Source of the DNA: Candidatus Latescibacterota bacterium | Lineage (GTDB): Bacteria; Latescibacterota; UBA2968; GCA-2709665 | Length of the DNA: 64,000 nucleotides | Assembly: GCA_965222075.1 (NCBI GenBank) | Contig: OZ244937.1 | Location: forward strand, 4,160,001-4,224,000 | Reading direction: 5' to 3' | Part shown: piece by piece, positions 58,981-64,000 of the stretch | Position numbering within the stretch: the stretch's first letter is position 1 | How the letters are laid out: each line of letters begins with the position of its first letter | The notes under the pieces: model-generated | Databases searched by the model: none | What the model was told of the DNA's origin: nothing | Seen by the model: only the letters and a program-made list of their open reading frames with translations | Made by a program: the position numbers and the translations under genes

Positions 58981-60564
58981 CTACAATAGACCTGCGCCCT
59001 GAATAGGAGAGGCCACGATGTTTTTTTCTTCTATGTTACGAGGCCGATAGTATCTCGCACGCATGGCATCTATTACAGAATCAACGGCCTCTGTTTTTAC
59101 CAGAACCATCATGCTGCCGCCCATACCTGCACCCGATATCTGCGCTCCGTCAGCGCCGGTTTCTAAGGCTATGTCAACCATTCCATCAATTTCAGGGATG
59201 CTGCAGTTATAATCCCCTGGTTGTAAATGCAGGTCTTGTTCCGGATTGAATCTGGGTGAGCTTAAGGAGACTCTATCTCCATCGTGGGAGACGTTCATTA
59301 ACTGACCATAAATATCTACTCTATTTTGGTTTAATACTTCTTTTAACATTCTGCTGCGTTCGGCTTCAGCAATACCGTAGGTCAACACCATGCGAATCTG
59401 ATAATCACCTTCAGGTTCACTATGCGTGGCAAACTGCTGCTTCAGTAAAGCTTGATCTTCAGGCCATTGTTTTAACAACTCCTGTCTGTTGATGCGCTCT
59501 GGCAGGTGTTGTATCAGTCTGTATGTCTGCTGCTGGCGCAGACATTCGACCACATCGCCCAGGTGGAATTTTTTTTCTATTTCTAACCCCTGCCTGCTAT
59601 CCACAATTCTCTGGAATATGTCCCCATGCTGTTCTTGCATATATCCTCTTAGGTAGATCTCTCCGATTTCATAGGTCGCCGTCTTTTCGTTAAATTTCTG
59701 TCCGGCTGCCCCTGTTTTGACCGCTTCTATCCCCGAATCGAATATGACGATCTGGTACCCCTCCGGGAAGGGAAGGTAAGCGTCGATCATGAGTTCGGGA
59801 AGCGTTCTCATGTGTGTGATCTTCCCTAACCGACCGAATTTGATCGCAGCGTGGTCGCCTGAACCCCCTCTGGTGCCGACATACCATTCTGCAGCGCCAC
59901 AGTACCTGACGAATTGCTGGTCGTCTAAAGAGATACTATTGACGTCCATCATGATTTCCATCGATGCTACAACAATGGCTGAAGAGGAACTCAGACCTGC
60001 CTTGCCGGGGATGCTGCTGCTCACCACAGCCTCAAATCCCAGCAGTTTCTCACCGGGGAATTGCAGGTGAAGGTATACAGGGGCCGCTTTCAGTTTAGGG
60101 CTCCAATCCTCGTTCGTCCCCGCCGCTTTACGTTCGTCCGTTTTTTTTTGGGTCCAGTCTAACCATTCGCTGTCTGAGGTTATTGGAACAGAGGCACATG
60201 CTTCCGTAATTCTAAAGCCCCTTGTTCCATACGACCGGTCTAAATTATATACTTCAACAGAATCGTCGTTTCTGCCAGCATAACAGAGGAGGATTTCTTT
60301 GTCTATGGACATCGGATTGATATATGCGCCCCGGTGGTCGGCGTGCCTGCCCAGAGTATTTAATCTTCCCGGCACTCTGACGAACCCGACCTCTTTGGCG
60401 CCATAGATTTCTCCGAATTTGTCGGTCAAGCTCAATAAGGCGTTCAACCGTTCCTCAAGAAGCGCACGGTTTTCACCGTAGATGGATTCAAGCCGAGAGA
60501 TTAAATGGCGATCTCTCTTCCGGATCAAGTCCCTCCATTCATCGGTGTTTTTTTTGCCAATCAT
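58981..60564 (-). CDS. GHMP sugar kinase (galactokinase/GalNAc kinase-like)
   Basis: PGRLNTLGRHADH, IPGKAGLSSSSA, GTRGGSGD and QISGAGMGG. Confidence 0.85.
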   Translation of the reverse strand: MIGKKNTDEWRDLIRKRDRHLISRLESIYGENRALLEERLNALLSLTDKFGEIYGAKEVGFVRVPGRLNTLGRHADHRGAYINPMSIDKEILLCYAGRNDDSVEVYNLDRSYGTRGFRITEACASVPITSDSEWLDWTQKKTDERKAAGTNEDWSPKLKAAPVYLHLQFPGEKLLGFEAVVSSSIPGKAGLSSSSAIVVASMEIMMDVNSISLDDQQFVRYCGAAEWYVGTRGGSGDHAAIKFGRLGKITHMRTLPELMIDAYLPFPEGYQIVIFDSGIEAVKTGAAGQKFNEKTATYEIGEIYLRGYMQEQHGDIFQRIVDSRQGLEIEKKFHLGDVVECLRQQQTYRLIQHLPERINRQELLKQWPEDQALLKQQFATHSEPEGDYQIRMVLTYGIAEAERSRMLKEVLNQNRVDIYGQLMNVSHDGDRVSLSSPRFNPEQDLHLQPGDYNCSIPEIDGMVDIALETGADGAQISGAGMGGSMMVLVKTEAVDSVIDAMRARYYRPRNIEEKNIVASPIQGAGLL

Positions 60565-60590
60565 TTGAATAACTCCCAGTATAAATCTGT

Positions 60591-60658
60591 CTTGACGGAT
60601 TTTTGAAATAAAAAAAACGGCAATTCCGCCAATAGAATGGCGACAGCCCTCTATCGGT
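60591..60658 (-). terminator. Possible intrinsic terminator or structured intergenic RNA
   Basis: Minus strand AAACGGCA...TGCCGTTTTTTTT with an internal CCGATAGA/TCTATTGG stem. Confidence 0.4.
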
Positions 60659-60709
60659 TTGAGAAGAAATGCCGTTTGGAACGTGCTTAGAAGCTCGTCA
60701 GGGGTGATG

Positions 60710-61690
60710 CTAAAGTTTTTCCACGTCAAATACGCCTTCTTGCGTGTCCACAACTCTTTCGGATCTGGTTTTAAACATGGTACCGGCCGGATAATAGCCT
60801 GCTTTGACATAGGCCAATCCATACGATATACACATCGGCCCCAACAAGGTTCCCGGATCGGTTAGTGATTCACATGCCAATTGCGCCCTGTCCCCAAGAA
60901 CGACTCCCATCTTAGACCCGCCCAGGTCGTACCATTTGCCGTTAATTTCTACTTTCAGGTTTACCCTTTTATCCCTTTCCCTAACACCCTGGATGATTCC
61001 CAGATTGGCTGCTGTTGCCTGGTTGCCAAAATGGGTGGCAAATCCACAGACGCTGTCTCCTAAATAGGATAGATGCGGAAAATTCGCTTCATCCATCATC
61101 AGGACATTTTTCAATTCACCTCGGATTGCATTGTCTCCCTGTTTCTGGTGGCTGCCGATGATGATGTTGCCCCTGAGATAGGCCCCTTGTCTTATTTCAT
61201 TTCTTTTTCCAAAGATGGTTGGCCCTTTTACACCGGCTGTGGGTTCAACGACGGTTTCTTCTCCGACGTAAATGTCCCCACCATCTAAGTAGATAACAGC
61301 CCCTACAACTTTTGCATCCTTTGCAACATAAAGGGTATGGCCGTCTCCATTCAAAGATCCGTGAACAAACAGGGGTTCGCATACCGCGCCTTTTTCTACT
61401 AATACTTTGAATTTTCCAACCCCCGGTACACCGGTTCGTTCTTCTACGTTACCGCTGCCCTCTTCTGAACGGACTTTTTCCGCCAACCACTCTGTTGCAT
61501 ATTTCTCAATCCCGTTCTTTCCGATAATATCAACGACCGATCTGGCTCTGTCTACCAGGGCCCGGTGTTCGAACGGATGTGCCTCAAGATCGAAGAAATT
61601 CTCCGGCCTTAACTCAGGTGGAACCTCTTCAGCATCTAATTCGGTCACTACGATTGGATCTTGTTTTGTCCCTGTGCCTTTGATAGCCAT
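60710..61690 (-). CDS. Stand-alone left-handed beta-helix (hexapeptide) protein resembling the GlmU C-terminal domain
   Basis: IRQGAYLRGN, ELKN, HLSYLGDS, ANL and KMGVVLGD. Confidence 0.8.
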   Translation of the reverse strand: MAIKGTGTKQDPIVVTELDAEEVPPELRPENFFDLEAHPFEHRALVDRARSVVDIIGKNGIEKYATEWLAEKVRSEEGSGNVEERTGVPGVGKFKVLVEKGAVCEPLFVHGSLNGDGHTLYVAKDAKVVGAVIYLDGGDIYVGEETVVEPTAGVKGPTIFGKRNEIRQGAYLRGNIIIGSHQKQGDNAIRGELKNVLMMDEANFPHLSYLGDSVCGFATHFGNQATAANLGIIQGVRERDKRVNLKVEINGKWYDLGGSKMGVVLGDRAQLACESLTDPGTLLGPMCISYGLAYVKAGYYPAGTMFKTRSERVVDTQEGVFDVEKL

Positions 61691-61693
61691 TTC

Positions 61694-62641
61694 TCAACCC
61701 TTTCTACTTTCTGCGATTTTTGCCAAGGTTTGATCGTGCAACACTTGGGTTCTGCTGACGAGAACGTCAAAAACGGTTTCGTGGTCTTCTGTAGGTTTGG
61801 GTATATTATTTCCATCAAAATCGGTTATAATCAAACCGCTCTGTTGCGCCAATTGAATCCCTGAAAATATATCTACATACGGTTGTTGTCTTGCAAAATA
61901 GACGTCTATCTGTCCTGCCGCAGCTTCGGCAAATGCGTATGGGCCGCCATTTGGATGCAGCATTTTGAAGGCATCGATAACCGGCCTGTATTCATCAATC
62001 AGAGGCAGCATAAATTTGGCGGGTTTTAAGAGGTACGACTCCACACAGGCGTCAGCGATACCAGCAGCGGGTTCACCGTGCCTCTTTCTTCTGTATTCCT
62101 CATCCAATTTTTCTACACTTTCTAATTGGTCACCGCTTAACCTGGCCATAAAAGCGCCGTTGGTGTTGGCAAATGCTACATCTTTGTTAAAGACATCCCC
62201 TGTTACAGAAGTCAGGGCATTGAACTCCGAATCGTACAACGCCAGTGAACTGTATTGCATAAAAGGCAACCCCCTTTTATACAACCAGCTCCCATCGAAG
62301 GGATCGGAAATACCGTATAACTTATCCCCCAGTTTGCCTTCTGTTAAATCAACCCTTCCGGCTTCTTCGGACAATAAAACGACCGGATGAGCACTTTCTT
62401 TCAGCCTTGTAATATAGGCGCCTTCAGCGGCTTCGTCGACACCGAAGATCTCTGCATCCCAGCTCTTGTATTCTCCCTCCCTGGTTCGAATAACCATAGC
62501 ACCGCTCTCTTTGCCCTGCAGGTCTTCCAGAATATCCAGGGTTTCAGCAACAATTGCCAGATTAAGAACGGTTAAGTCATTTACATTACCAATTCTACTA
62601 AACTTCTCCACTCTTTTTTCAAAAAGCTTATCATCATCCAT
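61694..62641 (-). CDS. Inositol monophosphatase/FBPase (FIG) superfamily protein
   Basis: LLSEEAG, SDPFDGS, AAGQID and ITDFDG. Confidence 0.85.
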   Translation of the reverse strand: MDDDKLFEKRVEKFSRIGNVNDLTVLNLAIVAETLDILEDLQGKESGAMVIRTREGEYKSWDAEIFGVDEAAEGAYITRLKESAHPVVLLSEEAGRVDLTEGKLGDKLYGISDPFDGSWLYKRGLPFMQYSSLALYDSEFNALTSVTGDVFNKDVAFANTNGAFMARLSGDQLESVEKLDEEYRRKRHGEPAAGIADACVESYLLKPAKFMLPLIDEYRPVIDAFKMLHPNGGPYAFAEAAAGQIDVYFARQQPYVDIFSGIQLAQQSGLIITDFDGNNIPKPTEDHETVFDVLVSRTQVLHDQTLAKIAESRKG

Positions 62642-62902
62642 TTTTTGTCCTCTCCAGAAAAATATCTTATAAATTGTTGTTTTAAAATTATTTGATTGGA
62701 TATATCCAGCACAAAAGACGCTGCAACATACCACAAATAGGGACGCCATTTCTCGTTACCCAGTATACCACATTGGTTCTGAAATGTCAAGGCAAAACAT
62801 ATTGCGGAATCCCGGTTTGGATGTTATCATTCAGGGTGGGCCAAAGCATTGGCGGATAGGCGAAAAGAGCGTATGTAGAAGCTGAGGCTGAAAGGAGAGG
62901 CG

Positions 62903-64000
62903 ATGGTTATTCGGGGCAAGGTTGTTGGGACGGCGGAGCCTGTGACGGTAGAGGTCGAAGGGGCGACGATTTCGGCGGTGGGAGACGGGCCTGCACCGGT
63001 GCAGGCGCTGGGGGAAGAAGACGTCTGGATTTCGCCGGCAATCTTCGATGTGCAGGTCAACGGCGCAGGCGGGATCAGCTACAGCGCTGCGGACTTGACG
63101 GTGGACCGGGTGCTGGAAACACAGGCGTGGGTGTACAAGACAGGGACGGGGCTTTTCTGTCCCACGACGACGACCTCTCCGGTCGAACAGGCGATTGCGG
63201 CGCTGGGCATCTTGGCCAGGGCCTGTGAAGAGGAAAAGACGGCGGATGCGTCTTTTGTCGGGTTCCATATAGAGGGCCCCTATATCGCATCGGAGGATGG
63301 GCCGCGGGGCGCCCATCCCTCAGCGTATATTCGGGATCCGGACTGGGACGAGTTCTGTCGCTACCAGGAGGCAGCGGGAGGGCGGATCAGGATGCTTACG
63401 CTGGCGCCCGAGCGGGAGGGGGCGCTGGCGTTTATCGAGAAGGCCACCGAGTCGGGAGTGATTGTGTCGCTGGGGCATACGGGGGCCAGCCGGGAGCGGG
63501 TGCGGGAGGCGATTGCGGCAGGCGCCCGGATGTCCACACATCTGGGGAACGGGGCGCACGCGATGCTCCCCCGGCACGACAACTATATCTGGGAACAGCT
63601 CGCCGCAGACGACCTCTGGGCGGGGATCATCCCCGACGGACACCACCTGCCTCCGCCGGTGCTGAAGAGTTTTTACCGTGCAAAGCAGAAGGGGCGGATC
63701 TGCCTGGTAAGCGATGTGTCTTCTATCGCCGGGCTACCGCCGGGGGTCTACGACCGAAGCTACGGGAAGGACGAGGTGGAGATTCATCCGGACGGCAAAA
63801 TTTCGTTGGTAGGTACGCCGTACTTAGCAGGCGCGTCTCTCTTTTTAGATCGGGGGATTCCCAATACCACGGCGTACACGGATGCGACGCTGGCGGATGC
63901 GGTGGAGATGGCGACGGCCAATCCGGCGCGGTTGCTGGGCGTGGATGACCGGCTGGGCAGCGTGGAGGTTGGAAAGGAGGCGAGTCTGACGCTGTTTCGG
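62903..64000 (+). CDS. nagA: N-acetylglucosamine-6-phosphate deacetylase-like amidohydrolase (runs off the window)
   Basis: Manual translation: MVIRGKV...FDVQVNG...HIEGPYI...GAHP...TLAPE...LGHT...THLGN...DGHH...ATANPA; AGGAG RBS. Absent from the ORF track because there is no stop in the window. Confidence 0.88.
   Translation, partial: MVIRGKVVGTAEPVTVEVEGATISAVGDGPAPVQALGEEDVWISPAIFDVQVNGAGGISYSAADLTVDRVLETQAWVYKTGTGLFCPTTTTSPVEQAIAALGILARACEEEKTADASFVGFHIEGPYIASEDGPRGAHPSAYIRDPDWDEFCRYQEAAGGRIRMLTLAPEREGALAFIEKATESGVIVSLGHTGASRERVREAIAAGARMSTHLGNGAHAMLPRHDNYIWEQLAADDLWAGIIPDGHHLPPPVLKSFYRAKQKGRICLVSDVSSIAGLPPGVYDRSYGKDEVEIHPDGKISLVGTPYLAGASLFLDRGIPNTTAYTDATLADAVEMATANPARLLGVDDRLGSVEVGKEASLTLFR

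Overview
Bacterial chromosomal segment; the gene content (many sulfatases, PhyH and HpcH enzymes, PQQ-like propellers) suggests a Latescibacterota/Poribacteria/PVC-type organism, which is inference only. It has four parts. (1) 1-16.7 kb: a minus-strand integron cassette array with 11 recognisable attC sites and no integrase at its expected 5' end. The cassettes carry enzymes (methyltransferases, SDR, FabI, DppA, CPT- and APH-like kinases, a sulfotransferase, an ECF sigma/anti-sigma module). The distal end holds IS630, a nested IS5 and ISKra4, and the IS5 itself carries three 25-27 bp palindromes inserted at GA^TA. (2) 16.8-33.3 kb: GC-rich catabolic genes (heparinase II/III-like, BNR protein, two sulfatases, two HpcH aldolases, enolase-family enzyme). 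(3) polA, then a tightly packed 15-gene, 20-kb minus-strand operon (36.3-56.5 kb) that reads as an uncharacterised biosynthetic system: EhpF/GriC-like adenylating enzyme, GriD-like reductase, Fe-ADH, HemN-like radical SAM enzyme, CoA ligase, flavin-dependent halogenase, glycosyltransferase, thioesterase, ABC exporter and four PQQ-like beta-propellers. (4) 56.8-64 kb: di-heme lipoprotein, MORN-variant repeat lipoprotein, lower-GC sugar-phosphate genes and a partial nagA. All calls come from motif reading by eye; no database search was run.
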